A stretch of DNA of 63,722 nt, filler included, from 9 parts of 9 records of this genome joined end to end with filler, not necessarily neighbours in it; one strand, 5' to 3'. Counted from the first letter of the whole stretch, positions 10,296 through 20,165 are shown. Notes: generated by a model not told the origin, from the sequence alone. Numbers and translations are program-made.

Positions 10296-13001
10296 GTGAC
10301 TGCGGATATCTTCGGCGCACGCGAACAATTTGAAACCGGATCCGGCTCTGCAGCGATGTATCGCTTGGAGGCGCTCCAGAAACGAGGCTTGGGGCAAATT
10401 GACCGCTTGCCGTTTTCGATTCGCGTGCTGTTGGAAGCCGTGCTGCGGAACTGCGACGGTTTCCAAATCAGTGAGGACGACGTCAAGAACCTCGCCGGTT
10501 GGGACGCGAAAGCGGTTGCTCCTCACGAGGTACCGTTCAAACCTTATCGCGTTGTCTTGCAGGATTTCACGGGCGTTCCCGCCGTGGTCGACTTGGCCGC
10601 GATGCGTTCCGCGATGGAACGAATCGGGGGCGATCCGAACAAGATCAACCCGCTGATCCCCGTCGACCTCGTCATCGACCACTCGGTGCAAGTCGACTTC
10701 TTCGGCAGCGAAGGCGCGTTGGTCCAAAACGTCGAGCGTGAATTCGAACGCAACAAGGAACGTTACGAGTTCCTCCGTTGGGGCCAACAAGCGTTCGACA
10801 ACTTCGGCGTGGTTCCTCCCAATGTTGGGATCGTTCACCAAGTCAACCTGGAATACCTCGCTCGCGTCGTTGCCATGGGCAAAGACGAGCAAGGCCCCGT
10901 GGCGATGCCCGACACATTGGTCGGTACTGATTCGCACACGACCATGATCAATGGTTTGGGTGTTTTGGGATGGGGCGTTGGAGGCATCGAAGCCGAAGCC
11001 AACATGCTCGGCCAACCGCTTTACATGTTGATGCCCGAAGTCATCGGTTTCGAACTGACCGGTGAATTGCCATCCGGAGCGACCGCGACGGACATGGTGT
11101 TGCGAGTCGTCGAAATCTTGCGAGCCGAAGGCGTGGTGGGCAAGTTCGTGGAATTCTTCGGGACCGGCATGAACGCGATGAGCGTCGCTGACCGAGCCAC
11201 GATCGCAAACATGGCACCCGAGTACGGTGCCACGATGGGATTCTTCCCCGTCGATGATCTGACGCTGCATTACATGCGTCAAACCGGTCGCAGCAAAGAA
11301 AACGTTGAGCTGGTCGAACGCTACTGCAAAGAACAAGGTTTGTTCCGTCTCGATGACGGCCCAACGCTGAACTACACCAAGACCGTGTCGCTCGACTTGT
11401 CGACGGTGGAACCCAGCATGGCTGGACCAAAACGTCCACAAGACCGTGTGCCATTGGCGTCGATGAAGAAGGCGTTCAACGAATCGTTGACGGCTCCCGT
11501 TGGTGCCTCCGGATTCGGTCTCGCTCCCGAGGCTCTCAGCCGCACCGGTCACGTCTCCAACAACGGTGCCAGCACCGACATCACGCACGGTGCCGTCGTG
11601 ATTGCTGCGATCACATCTTGCACGAACACATCCAACCCATCGGTGATGGTTGGTGCCGGTTTGCTGGCCAAGAAGGCTGCCGAACGTGGATTGACCGTGC
11701 CGTCCCACGTCAAAACGTCGTTGGCCCCTGGTTCGCGAGTCGTGACGGATTACTTGAACAAAGCCGGCCTTTCCGAATCGCTTGACAAGCTTGGTTTCAA
11801 CACCGTTGGCTATGGTTGCACGACCTGCATCGGTAACTCCGGACCTCTGCCTGAACCCGTTGCCGCCGCCATCCAAGAAGGCGACTTGATCGCTTCAGCG
11901 GTCCTGTCCGGCAACCGAAACTTTGAGGGCCGGGTCAATCCGCTGACCAAAGCCAACTACTTGGCCAGCCCACCGTTGGTGGTCGCTTACGCTTTGGCGG
12001 GAACCACTGACATTGATCTGGTCACGGAGCCACTGGGCAAAGACACCAACGGCGAAGACGTTTACTTGAAGGACGTATGGCCATCGGCCGAAGAAATTCG
12101 CGAAACCATCGCGGCTTGCATTCAGCCGGAAATGTTCACCAACGAATACGAAGCCGCCGTGTCGGGCAACGACATGTGGAACGCCATTGAAGCGGCTGGC
12201 GGAGCGTTGTATCCGTGGGACGAAAAGAGCACCTACATTCACCACCCACCGTTCTTGGACAGTGTCACTGCGGAAGCGGTGCCGGACATCGCTCCGATCA
12301 AGGGTGCCAAGGTGCTGGCATTGCTGGGTGATTCGGTCACGACCGACCATATTTCGCCTGCCGGTGCGATCGCGACCGACGGGCCTGCGGGCCGATACCT
12401 GCAAGAAAACGGTGTGCCGATTCGCGAGTTCAACTCGTTCGGTTCGCGTCGTGGGAACGACCGAGTGATGGTGCGTGGAACGTTCGCCAACATTCGCATC
12501 CGCAATCAACTGGCACCGGGCACCGAAGGCGGCGTGACGCGTTACTTGCCGACTGGTGAAACGATGAGCATCTACGATGCTTCGATGAAGTACCAAGCTG
12601 ACAACGTGCCATTGGTTGTCTTGGCTGGCAAGGAATACGGAACCGGCAGTAGTCGTGACTGGGCCGCCAAGGGAACGATGATGTTGGGTGTCAAAGCCGT
12701 CATCACGACCAGCTTCGAACGGATCCACCGCAGCAACTTGGTCGGGATGGGAGTGTTGCCTTTGGAATTCGCCGATGGCGGTTCGTGGCAATCACTCGGT
12801 TTGACCGGTGAGGAAAGCTATGACATCGACGGCTTGTCCAACGATCTGGAACCTCGTTCGTTGATCACCGTTGTCGCCACGGCGGAAGACGGTAAGAAGA
12901 CCGAGTTCGAGTGCCGTGTTCGCATCGATACGCCAGTTGAATTGCAGTACTACCAAAACGGCGGGATCCTCCCGACGGTTCTGCGAAACCTTCGCGGTTG
13001 A
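10296..13001 (+). CDS. acnA: Aconitate hydratase A
   Basis: [64 protein letters not shown]. Confidence 0.97.
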   Translation: MTADIFGAREQFETGSGSAAMYRLEALQKRGLGQIDRLPFSIRVLLEAVLRNCDGFQISEDDVKNLAGWDAKAVAPHEVPFKPYRVVLQDFTGVPAVVDLAAMRSAMERIGGDPNKINPLIPVDLVIDHSVQVDFFGSEGALVQNVEREFERNKERYEFLRWGQQAFDNFGVVPPNVGIVHQVNLEYLARVVAMGKDEQGPVAMPDTLVGTDSHTTMINGLGVLGWGVGGIEAEANMLGQPLYMLMPEVIGFELTGELPSGATATDMVLRVVEILRAEGVVGKFVEFFGTGMNAMSVADRATIANMAPEYGATMGFFPVDDLTLHYMRQTGRSKENVELVERYCKEQGLFRLDDGPTLNYTKTVSLDLSTVEPSMAGPKRPQDRVPLASMKKAFNESLTAPVGASGFGLAPEALSRTGHVSNNGASTDITHGAVVIAAITSCTNTSNPSVMVGAGLLAKKAAERGLTVPSHVKTSLAPGSRVVTDYLNKAGLSESLDKLGFNTVGYGCTTCIGNSGPLPEPVAAAIQEGDLIASAVLSGNRNFEGRVNPLTKANYLASPPLVVAYALAGTTDIDLVTEPLGKDTNGEDVYLKDVWPSAEEIRETIAACIQPEMFTNEYEAAVSGNDMWNAIEAAGGALYPWDEKSTYIHHPPFLDSVTAEAVPDIAPIKGAKVLALLGDSVTTDHISPAGAIATDGPAGRYLQENGVPIREFNSFGSRRGNDRVMVRGTFANIRIRNQLAPGTEGGVTRYLPTGETMSIYDASMKYQADNVPLVVLAGKEYGTGSSRDWAAKGTMMLGVKAVITTSFERIHRSNLVGMGVLPLEFADGGSWQSLGLTGEESYDIDGLSNDLEPRSLITVVATAEDGKKTEFECRVRIDTPVELQYYQNGGILPTVLRNLRG

Positions 13002-13018
13002 GCTTGATTGACTAGCCA

Positions 13019-14563
13019 GTGATTCATCGCGCCCCGCTGCACCTGCTGTATCTCAACGTGCTCGTCATTGCGACGTGCGGGTTGATCTACGAGTTGTTGG
13101 CGGGGACGTTGGCGAGCTACCTACTGGGTGATTCCGTCACCCAGTTTTCGCTCATCATCGGCGTCTATCTGTCGGCTTTGGGCTTTGGCGCCTGGTTGTC
13201 CCAGTACGTGACAACCAAGCTGGCACGCGTGTTCATCGAAGTCGAGCTGGCTCTCGCGTTGTTGGGCGGGTTCTCGACACCGCTGCTGTTCCTTGCGTTC
13301 CCGATGATCGAGTGGTTTCAGTGGCTGCTCTTTGGCAGCGTGATCGTGATCGGGACGCTGGTGGGTTTGGAGCTTCCGCTGTTGATGCGGATTCTCAAGG
13401 AACACCTTGAGTTTGAGGAATTGATCTCTCGGGTTCTCGCGTTTGATTACTTGGGGGCTCTCTTCGCCTCGCTCTTGTTCCCGATCTTTCTGGTCCCAAG
13501 ACTCGGTCTCAACCGGACCGCGATCGTGTTCGGATTGCTCAACGCATTGGTTGGGTTGTGGGGGACGTATTTACTGCGTCCACTGCTAGCGAAGAAAGGC
13601 CTGGATGGGCTTCGAGGTCGGGCGTTCTTGGTCATCGGATTGCTGATCGCCGGCTTTATCAAAGCTGATTCGATCACCAGCCTCGCGGAAGAGAATACGC
13701 TGGGTGGTCGAATTGTTTACGCTGACACGTCGCCCTATCAACGCATCGCGGTAACTCGCAACGAAAAAGGGTTTCAGCTGTATCTGAACGGGCATCTGCA
13801 ATTCAATAGCGTCGACGAATACCGATATCACGAGGCTCTTGTGCACCCGGTCATGTCCGTTTGCAAAGACGCTCGACGAGTCTTGGTGCTGGGCGGTGGC
13901 GACGGTTTGGCCGTTCGTGAGATTCTGCGATATGAGCATGTTGAGTCGGTCACATTGGTGGACCTGGACCCAGCGATGACTCGCTTGGCAACCCAGTTCG
14001 AACCGCTGGCGGAACTCAATGGCCGGTCGTTGGAAATGGACCGCGTCACTGTCGTCCATCGCGATGCGTTTTTGTGGGTGGGCGAAGGCGATGAGCAATT
14101 CGATGCGGTCGTGATCGACTTCCCCGATCCCGGCAACTACTCAATCGGCAAACTGTATTCCTCGCGTTTTTACAATCTGCTTCGAGAGCGGATGACGGAG
14201 GACGCGGGATTAGCGATTCAGTGCACTTCGCCTTTGGTGGCCCCAAAATCCTACTGGTGCATCCTGCGGACGATGCAGGCATCCGGGTTTGACGTCACGC
14301 CGTATCACGCACCGGTGCCCACGTTTGGGATCTGGGGGTTTGCTCTGGCTCGAATCGCTGAAGATCCAGAATCAGATTCGGATTGGCGGTTGCCGCCGGA
14401 GTTGTCGGCCGAGGTGGCTGGTCTGCGATATCTCACGCCGTCCACCATGGCGGGGTTGTTCGATCTGCCCGCCGATCAACAGCCCCGCGACGTGCCACCG
14501 AACCGATTGAACGATCAAATCCTCGTGCGTTTGTACGACGAGGAATGGGGCCAGAACCAATAG
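13019..14563 (+). CDS. speE: Polyamine aminopropyltransferase (spermidine synthase-like) with N-terminal membrane domain
   Basis: About 7 N-terminal TMs; DEYRYHE, LGGGDG, DFPDP. Confidence 0.85.
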   Translation: MIHRAPLHLLYLNVLVIATCGLIYELLAGTLASYLLGDSVTQFSLIIGVYLSALGFGAWLSQYVTTKLARVFIEVELALALLGGFSTPLLFLAFPMIEWFQWLLFGSVIVIGTLVGLELPLLMRILKEHLEFEELISRVLAFDYLGALFASLLFPIFLVPRLGLNRTAIVFGLLNALVGLWGTYLLRPLLAKKGLDGLRGRAFLVIGLLIAGFIKADSITSLAEENTLGGRIVYADTSPYQRIAVTRNEKGFQLYLNGHLQFNSVDEYRYHEALVHPVMSVCKDARRVLVLGGGDGLAVREILRYEHVESVTLVDLDPAMTRLATQFEPLAELNGRSLEMDRVTVVHRDAFLWVGEGDEQFDAVVIDFPDPGNYSIGKLYSSRFYNLLRERMTEDAGLAIQCTSPLVAPKSYWCILRTMQASGFDVTPYHAPVPTFGIWGFALARIAEDPESDSDWRLPPELSAEVAGLRYLTPSTMAGLFDLPADQQPRDVPPNRLNDQILVRLYDEEWGQNQ

Positions 14564-14572
14564 CCACAACAC

Positions 14573-14638
14573 CGTAGCCGGATTCGCGAAAAATTCGGGT
14601 GTGTGAGTTGTTGTGCTGCCGTAGCTCACTTCGTTCGG
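14573..14638 (+). repeat. GTAG/REP-like repeat copy 2, plus the start of another GTAG unit at the contig end
   Basis: CGTAGCCGGATTCGCGAAAAATTCGGG; a second CCGTAGC at 14619 runs into the assembly break. Confidence 0.55.
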
Positions 14639-14738
14639 NNNNNNNNNNNNNNNNNNNNNNNNNNNNNNNNNNNNNNNNNNNNTTAATTAATTAANNNNNN
14701 NNNNNNNNNNNNNNNNNNNNNNNNNNNNNNNNNNNNNN
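14639..14738. other. Artificial contig linker (N44-TTAATTAATTAA-N44)
   Basis: Six-frame stop cassette in N runs; identical linkers at 20387-20486, 24151-24250, 27769-27868, 42175-42274, 51526-51625, 55383-55482, 60291-60390. Confidence 0.99.
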
Positions 14739-15431
14739 CTGCAAGGGACGGCGCGCCGGCGTGTGATAAAGCACGTCATTGGTGGCGACGAGCGGCGTGC
14801 CGCACGCACCGGAGAGTGTGGCAAGACGTTGCTGGCGGGCGCCGTCATTGGCCCGCCGACAGGGCGTGAGCGCCAGAAAGACATCGCCGGGAAAGAGGGT
14901 GGCAAGGCGGTGCAAATTTTCCTCGAAATCGGAGCCGAAGTCATAGGGCGGCATGGCAATGAGGCGCTGGCCATGGTCGAGCGCTGCAAGATCGTCCATA
15001 TGCAGGTGACACTCGCCCTTCGGCGCGCGGCGGTTGCCATCGGTCAAGAGCCGGGTGAGGCGGCCATAGGCCTTCCTGTCAGTTGGGAAACACAATGTTT
15101 CAAAACCATCCATAAGCACCAGACGCACACCGACCACGAGGCGGATATTCTGGGCTTTTGCCTCGACATGGGCGCGCACGGCGCCGGCCAGCGTGTTGCG
15201 GTCGGCGATACCGACGGCGGCATGGCCAAGCCGGGCGGCCTCGGCCACCAGTTCGCGCGGATGGGAGGCGCCGTGTAGAAAACTGTAATTGCTGGTGACG
15301 CCAAGTTCGGCGAAGGCAGGGGGAGGCGGAACAGAGCGCGATTGGGGTATGGAAGCGGTGGCAGAGATGTCGCTATCTGCCCCCCTGGGCTCTTCAAAGG
15401 TGATGACCGGCTCGGTGGTTTTCCCGTTCAT
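14739..15431 (-). CDS. dnaE2: Error-prone DNA polymerase DnaE2, N-terminal PHP domain (3'-truncated by contig end)
   Basis: FAELGVTSNYSFLHGASHPRELV, DRNTLAG, GNRRAPKGEC, ATNDVLYH; ATGA overlap with imuB stop. Confidence 0.93.
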
Positions 15432-17008
15432 GCGAAGACCCCGTGAAGGAACCAGCGGGGGGCTTCCTCATCGCGCTCGTAGAGCCCGTCGCGGAAAAGC
15501 CAGAAGCGCCGGCCTGCATCATCCTCGATACGAAAATAGTCGCGTGTCTTGCGGCTGGCACCGAATGGCGCGCGCCACCATTCGGGTGCGATGCGCTCCG
15601 GTCCCTCGGCGCGGATGACGCGATGCATCACACGCCGCCACTCAAACCGGGTGGGCGGCCCGTCGGGCACTCCGGCAAGCGTGGTGACGAGCTCGGGTAC
15701 AGAAAAGAGAAAGAGTGGCCGGGCAAAAGAGGCCCCATCCTGAATATGCTGAAGGTGAGCCTGCCAGTCATGCTCCCCGGCTCCATTGAGAACCGGGATG
15801 GAATGGCTCGCGCGTTCAGGCAAAAAGCTTTCATGGGGTGCAGCCCGGGTGACATTCTGCGCGCCGAAACGGTTGACGAGCCGGTCCAGAAGGGGAGCAA
15901 GGTCGCCAACGCGGATGGCGCGCAGATCCTCGCCCAGATCCTCCTGTCGCATGGTGAGGGTTTCAACGGTCAGGGCAGTGAGGCTCGCCGCCTCGAAGCC
16001 GAAACCAGCGCGATCGGTGATGCGCTCGAGACGCTCGCCAAGCAGTTGGGCGAGGTGTCCGGCATCGCGCGTGGCTGTGCTGGTGGCAAGCGGCAGGGCC
16101 TCGAACCAGCCATCGACACGAAACAGGCGCAGCTCCACCCGACGCGCGCCTTTTCCAGCCTTTTCCAGCTTCACACACAGGTCGCATGCAAGGCGCTGAA
16201 TGGCGATTTCGATTGCCTCCTGCGTGACAATGGGCTCGGCAAAACGGCAGTGCGCGGCATGAAGAAGGGGCGGATTGAGCGGGCGAAAGCTTTCTTCCTC
16301 ATGACCAAGCGCTTCGTCCAGCCGACGCAGGGCAAATGGCCCAAAGCGGGCGGCGAGCGGCGCCCGCGGCCTGCCGATCAGGTCTCCCACGTGTTTGAGA
16401 CCCAGCTTCTCCATGGCCTCGACAGTGTTCTGTTCCAGCCGCAGGGCACACACGGGCAGGGGCATCATATGCTTGTGGAGCGTGTCGCGCGATACGATGA
16501 GCTTTTCGACCGGCGCGTGGCGGGCCAGCGCCCATGCGCCGCCAATGGTGGGCGCCAGAGCTAGCCGTGCGGTGAGGCCGAAGCCGTCGAGTTTTTTTGC
16601 CAGCGTGTCCACCAATGCGGCCTCACCGCCGAAGAGATGGGCGCAGCCGGTGATGTCGAGGCTTACCCCGTCGGGGAAATCAGGCCGCGTGAAGGGTGAA
16701 AAACACTGGCACCAGAGCGCCAGGCGGATGAGCGCGCGCTCGTCACCCTGAAGATCGGCATGAGCGACCCTGAGGGCAGGGTGAATGGCGCGCGCATCCG
16801 CCAGCGCCATCCCCGGCGAAAAGCCGAGCGCTCCTGCTGCCCGGTTGAGAGCGGTGATACGTTGTCCGCTGTCCGTGGTGGTGACGAGGACCAGCGGCTC
16901 ATCGTCACGAGGCTGCCGCCCAGGTCCGGGAGGTGTCGCGCTGCCAGAACGCATGGTCCGGCGCTGGATCGGCCAGCGGGGCAGGAAGACGGAAAGAAAG
17001 CGTTTCAT
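15428..17008 (-). CDS. imuB: ImuB, inactive Y-family polymerase accessory protein
   Basis: Start MKRFLSVFLPRWP at 17008; LDITGCAHLFGGE, GPERIAPEWW, RDYFRIED...RFWLFR, WFLHGVFA. Confidence 0.92.
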   Translation of the reverse strand: MKRFLSVFLPRWPIQRRTMRSGSATPPGPGRQPRDDEPLVLVTTTDSGQRITALNRAAGALGFSPGMALADARAIHPALRVAHADLQGDERALIRLALWCQCFSPFTRPDFPDGVSLDITGCAHLFGGEAALVDTLAKKLDGFGLTARLALAPTIGGAWALARHAPVEKLIVSRDTLHKHMMPLPVCALRLEQNTVEAMEKLGLKHVGDLIGRPRAPLAARFGPFALRRLDEALGHEEESFRPLNPPLLHAAHCRFAEPIVTQEAIEIAIQRLACDLCVKLEKAGKGARRVELRLFRVDGWFEALPLATSTATRDAGHLAQLLGERLERITDRAGFGFEAASLTALTVETLTMRQEDLGEDLRAIRVGDLAPLLDRLVNRFGAQNVTRAAPHESFLPERASHSIPVLNGAGEHDWQAHLQHIQDGASFARPLFLFSVPELVTTLAGVPDGPPTRFEWRRVMHRVIRAEGPERIAPEWWRAPFGASRKTRDYFRIEDDAGRRFWLFRDGLYERDEEAPRWFLHGVFA

Positions 17009-17813
17009 GATCCCACTCCACATCCCAGTGTTGCGATAAACGGCGGGAGAGGCCTTGCCTGCATTTGAGAAGCTGAAGCCGCCAGTGCGGCGCTCCAGGC
17101 CCTGCCTGACCGGGGTAGAACTTATGGCTGGGCAGAGTGCTGACAGACCAGCGGGTTTCAGCGGCTGTGTTTTCGGCGCAGGTCTGGCGACCGCGCATGA
17201 GGAGGGCCGTGACGCCATGACGTGCCGCTCGCAGGCCAAGACGGCGGCTGGCGGCAAAGTCATAGGCGCGGGCCTGGTCCGGCAAGAGGCCGGCGACGGC
17301 GGCAAGAGGGGCATGGGAAAGCCCTTCCTCAAGCGCCCAAAGCACATCGATCGGCTTGCGGGCCTCCACCTGGATCAGCCGGTTCGGGTCAAACCCGAGG
17401 GCTGCAAGCCCGGGTGGATAAAGCGCGCCGGCGTTGCTGGAAAGATGCGCAGGAACCACCAATAAGACGGGTCCCGGCCGCTGACGGAGAAGGCGTGCCA
17501 GAAGACAGACGCCGAAGCCGATTCCGGCAGTGAAATCGCCATGACCGGCCGGCAGGACCTCGTGCAGCGCGCCGGTCTTGAGACCGTGACCGGGCAGGGC
17601 GCCATCAAGCGCTTCCGGTCCGAGCGAAAGAGAGGGACGGGGCGCTGAAGCAAACCTTTCCTGAGGGGCAATGCGGCTGCGCAGGGCCTCAAGAACGCTG
17701 CCCATTTTTTCGGGTGGTGTCGTGGCTGCTCTTTCTCCGCTGGTATGCTGAACCGGGCCAGCGCCAGGGGGAAAAGTTTCCTGAACCGGCTTCACTTCAA
17801 CGGCCTGTTTCAT
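16905..17813 (-). CDS. imuA: ImuA (RecA/SulA-like)
   Basis: LDGALPGHGLKTGALHEV, LYPPGL, LWALEEGL, SRRLGL, AAETRW; lies directly upstream of imuB. Confidence 0.88.
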   Translation of the reverse strand: MKQAVEVKPVQETFPPGAGPVQHTSGERAATTPPEKMGSVLEALRSRIAPQERFASAPRPSLSLGPEALDGALPGHGLKTGALHEVLPAGHGDFTAGIGFGVCLLARLLRQRPGPVLLVVPAHLSSNAGALYPPGLAALGFDPNRLIQVEARKPIDVLWALEEGLSHAPLAAVAGLLPDQARAYDFAASRRLGLRAARHGVTALLMRGRQTCAENTAAETRWSVSTLPSHKFYPGQAGPGAPHWRLQLLKCRQGLSRRLSQHWDVEWDHETLSFRLPAPLADPAPDHAFWQRDTSRTWAAAS

Positions 17814-18718
17814 GGCGCAGCCTCCTGGCGTAGCCCGAAAGGCGTGGCAGGCCCCACGGAGTTCTGCGCCATTGGCCGCATCGTCGATTTTTCCGGATTC
17901 AAGTTTTCAGCACCCGCCTCCAGCAGATTGATTGGATTCACCTTTTCTCTCTTGTCAGGGAGGGGTGGCGGTATGTGAAGAAAATCTTCCAGCAGACGCT
18001 CAGGCTGGTGCGCCGGGTTGCGGACGCCATGAGCGCAAAGCCTGGCGAAGGGGCAGGCCGTCCTGTTTTTTCTGGCGCAAAAGTTTCGTCCGAGCTCCTG
18101 CATCAGAATGTGGTGCTGTTCGGTCTCTCCCGCTCCCCACCGGTCAGGAACCTGTCGGTTGAGAAGACGAATCGACCGTTCCGGCGACGCCTGTTCGGGG
18201 ATAAGTCCAAGACAGTTGGCGGCGCGCCAGTGGGCCGTGTCGACGACAAGGACGCGCTTTCGCAATGTGCTCATATTGAGGGTGGCCGTGCTGGTTTTGG
18301 GACCGACACCATAAATACGCTCCAGCCAGGACAAGGCATCATCGACCGGCCAGCCATGCAGGAAATCGAGACTGAGACCCCCGCTCAGGCTGGCGATCTC
18401 CTGCAGGGCACGGGGCAGGGCAACGGCTTTGCGATCCGCATGGGTAATGCCTTCGAGCAGGGGATCCAGTTCGTGAAAAGAAGCTTCGGCCAACCGGGCC
18501 CAGGAGCCTTTGAACCTTGCCACTTCGAAATGTTCGACAAGCCTGACAAACACCGCCAATGCTGCCTCATTGCGTGTTCTGGCGCTAAGCATCGCCAGAA
18601 GCATTTGACTGACCGGATCGAGACGCACGAAAGCGGCGGGCGGTCCGAAGACAGCCAGCAAGCGCTGATGGAGGCTTTCGAGCCGATCGAAAGGCACAAG
18701 AGGCAGGGTGTATTGCAT
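17810..18718 (-). CDS. HhH-GPD DNA glycosylase (endonuclease III-like), first gene of the imu operon
   Basis: DPVSQMLLAMLSART, HhH motif YGVGPKT with catalytic-type Lys, VVDT Asp, C-terminal Cys cluster. Start set at ATG 18718 because the longer ORF-track start lies in the LexA box. Confidence 0.82.
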   Translation of the reverse strand: MQYTLPLVPFDRLESLHQRLLAVFGPPAAFVRLDPVSQMLLAMLSARTRNEAALAVFVRLVEHFEVARFKGSWARLAEASFHELDPLLEGITHADRKAVALPRALQEIASLSGGLSLDFLHGWPVDDALSWLERIYGVGPKTSTATLNMSTLRKRVLVVDTAHWRAANCLGLIPEQASPERSIRLLNRQVPDRWGAGETEQHHILMQELGRNFCARKNRTACPFARLCAHGVRNPAHQPERLLEDFLHIPPPLPDKREKVNPINLLEAGAENLNPEKSTMRPMAQNSVGPATPFGLRQEAAP

Positions 18719-18731
18719 CCCCGCATAATAA

Positions 18732-18746
18732 GAACAAAAAGAGAAC
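18732..18746 (-). promoter_or_regulatory. Alphaproteobacterial LexA (SOS) box
   Basis: GAAC-AAAAAGA-GAAC (GTTC-N7-GTTC on minus strand), 13 nt upstream of the operon's first ATG. Confidence 0.88.
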
Positions 18747-18789
18747 AAATCAATCGTTCTATGTCCCCGGAATGGGGCTGTGTGGAGAA

Positions 18790-18891
18790 ATAAAAAGCCG
18801 CCAGACGCTCGGCCCCACGGCAGGCACGATCTGTCTGACGGCTTACTCCAGCGCTCTTATGGCGTTTTCCTGGAGAGTCCCCTCCGGACTC
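18790..18891 (-). ncRNA. Candidate sigma54-dependent small RNA (~100 nt)
   Basis: Three consecutive hairpins beginning at the predicted +1 of a -24/-12 promoter and ending in stem plus U-run. Confidence 0.55.
18792..18844 (-). terminator. Intrinsic terminator of the sRNA candidate
   Basis: AAGCCGTCAGAC...GTCTGGCGGCTT followed by TTTATTT on minus strand. Confidence 0.65.
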
Positions 18892-18903
18892 ACAGGAAGA
18901 GAA

Positions 18904-18918
18904 GCATCAAGCGTGCCA
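18904..18918 (-). promoter_or_regulatory. Sigma54 -24/-12 promoter
   Basis: TGGCACGCTTGATGC on minus strand: GG-N10-GC spacing with a TGGCACG -24 box. Confidence 0.7.
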
Positions 18919-19076
18919 AACTCGCTTCACTCCGTTTTTTGACGGATTTTCATAGGGTTGGCCGAGCTGTGTCTGGCTGTGTGCAAAGTGTTTTGAGGAT
19001 ATGATGGCGCGCAGGCAGGCACTCTGCCCAGATTAGAGGCAGAAGGCATCTCCCGTGCGCGGAAAGATCTTCAGTT

Positions 19077-20165
19077 TCAGACGGCCACTTCCAGCCGGTT
19101 ACGTCCGGTGGATTTGGCACGGTTGAGCGCCGTGTCGGCCTGCCCCAGTGCAATCCAGAAACTTTCCTTGCGAGGAAGTGGCGTGTGCAGCCCCACACTG
19201 ACGGTCAGCTCAATCTCGATGCCGTCCAGATGAAATGGCGTCTCGGCAACCGCTTTCTGGATGCGCTCAGCGAGCCCGAGGGCGCGTTCAGCATCGTAGG
19301 CCGGCAGAACAAGCGCAATGGCCTGGCCGCCGAAGCTCGCCACCATGTCAGTCTGCCGAACGGCGGACTGAACGACTGAGGCCACATGGCGCAATGTCTG
19401 CTCGCCGGCCGCATGACCATGGGCTTCGACCACCTGGTCAAACGCGTCGATATCGATCAGGGCCATGGAGTAGGGCTGACCCGCCCAATTCATGGCGGCT
19501 GCAAGTTCCGGCCCCAGCTTGTCGAAAACCCGTCTGTTCAATAGTCCGGTCGTGGTATCCGTGGTTCCCAATGGTGCCTCCTTCAAGCGCTGCGGGCCGA
19601 CATGCGAGCGCTGCAATTCGAGAATGCGGCCAATGACCACCGCGGCGATTACATTGGCGACAATAGCAACAGGCGCGACTTCTCCCAAGGCCTTCATGGC
19701 GATTTCCCTGGGCAAGAGGAAAACCGGGATCAATGTGACCGATGTAAGAAGCCCGACGCCGACCAGCGCCGGCATCGATACACGGCGTCCCTTCACCATC
19801 TGGGCAAAGGCGACACTGATAACGCTGCAGATCAACACCGCCAGCACACCGCTTGCCACCGCGGTTCCGCCAAGCCACAGACGACCGAGGATCGCCACCA
19901 GAGCGGTGGCGGTTAACGTGATCCAGCCACCATAGGTCATTGCAAGAACGACAAAGACATTGCCAATGTCAAAGGAGAGGCCGGACGAGGACGCGGCGGA
20001 GAAGAAGACAGGGCCTGTTGCGCCCAGCGAAAACAAAACAGATACAAGAAGATGGCGCTGCAATGATGTCAGGGGTAGCCGGGCGGCGCGTTCATAAAGA
20101 AGCGCTGCGATAACAGCAACACCCAGGCCTTGCAGGAATTCGGACGCCAGAGAAAGCATATCCAT
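19077..20165 (-). CDS. Membrane (5TMR-LYT-like) sensor with degenerate GGDEF domain
   Basis: About 6 TMs; TTGLLNRR, LIDID, RQTD I-site, GGQAI in place of GG(D/E)EF, KSTGRNR; GGAG RBS before ATG 20165. Confidence 0.8.
   Translation of the reverse strand: MDMLSLASEFLQGLGVAVIAALLYERAARLPLTSLQRHLLVSVLFSLGATGPVFFSAASSSGLSFDIGNVFVVLAMTYGGWITLTATALVAILGRLWLGGTAVASGVLAVLICSVISVAFAQMVKGRRVSMPALVGVGLLTSVTLIPVFLLPREIAMKALGEVAPVAIVANVIAAVVIGRILELQRSHVGPQRLKEAPLGTTDTTTGLLNRRVFDKLGPELAAAMNWAGQPYSMALIDIDAFDQVVEAHGHAAGEQTLRHVASVVQSAVRQTDMVASFGGQAIALVLPAYDAERALGLAERIQKAVAETPFHLDGIEIELTVSVGLHTPLPRKESFWIALGQADTALNRAKSTGRNRLEVAV

Noticed and set aside
10257-12791. Long antisense ORFs (539 aa, 298 aa) opposite acnA
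   Set aside because: Codon-bias shadows of a strongly biased gene in high-GC DNA; no motifs
17009-17347. 113-aa N-terminal extension of ImuB in the ORF track
   Set aside because: Lies wholly inside imuA in another frame; the family-typical start MKRFLSV is at 17008
18719-18748. ORF-track start MFSFCSYY for the glycosylase
   Set aside because: These codons are the LexA box itself; ATG 18718 is the plausible start
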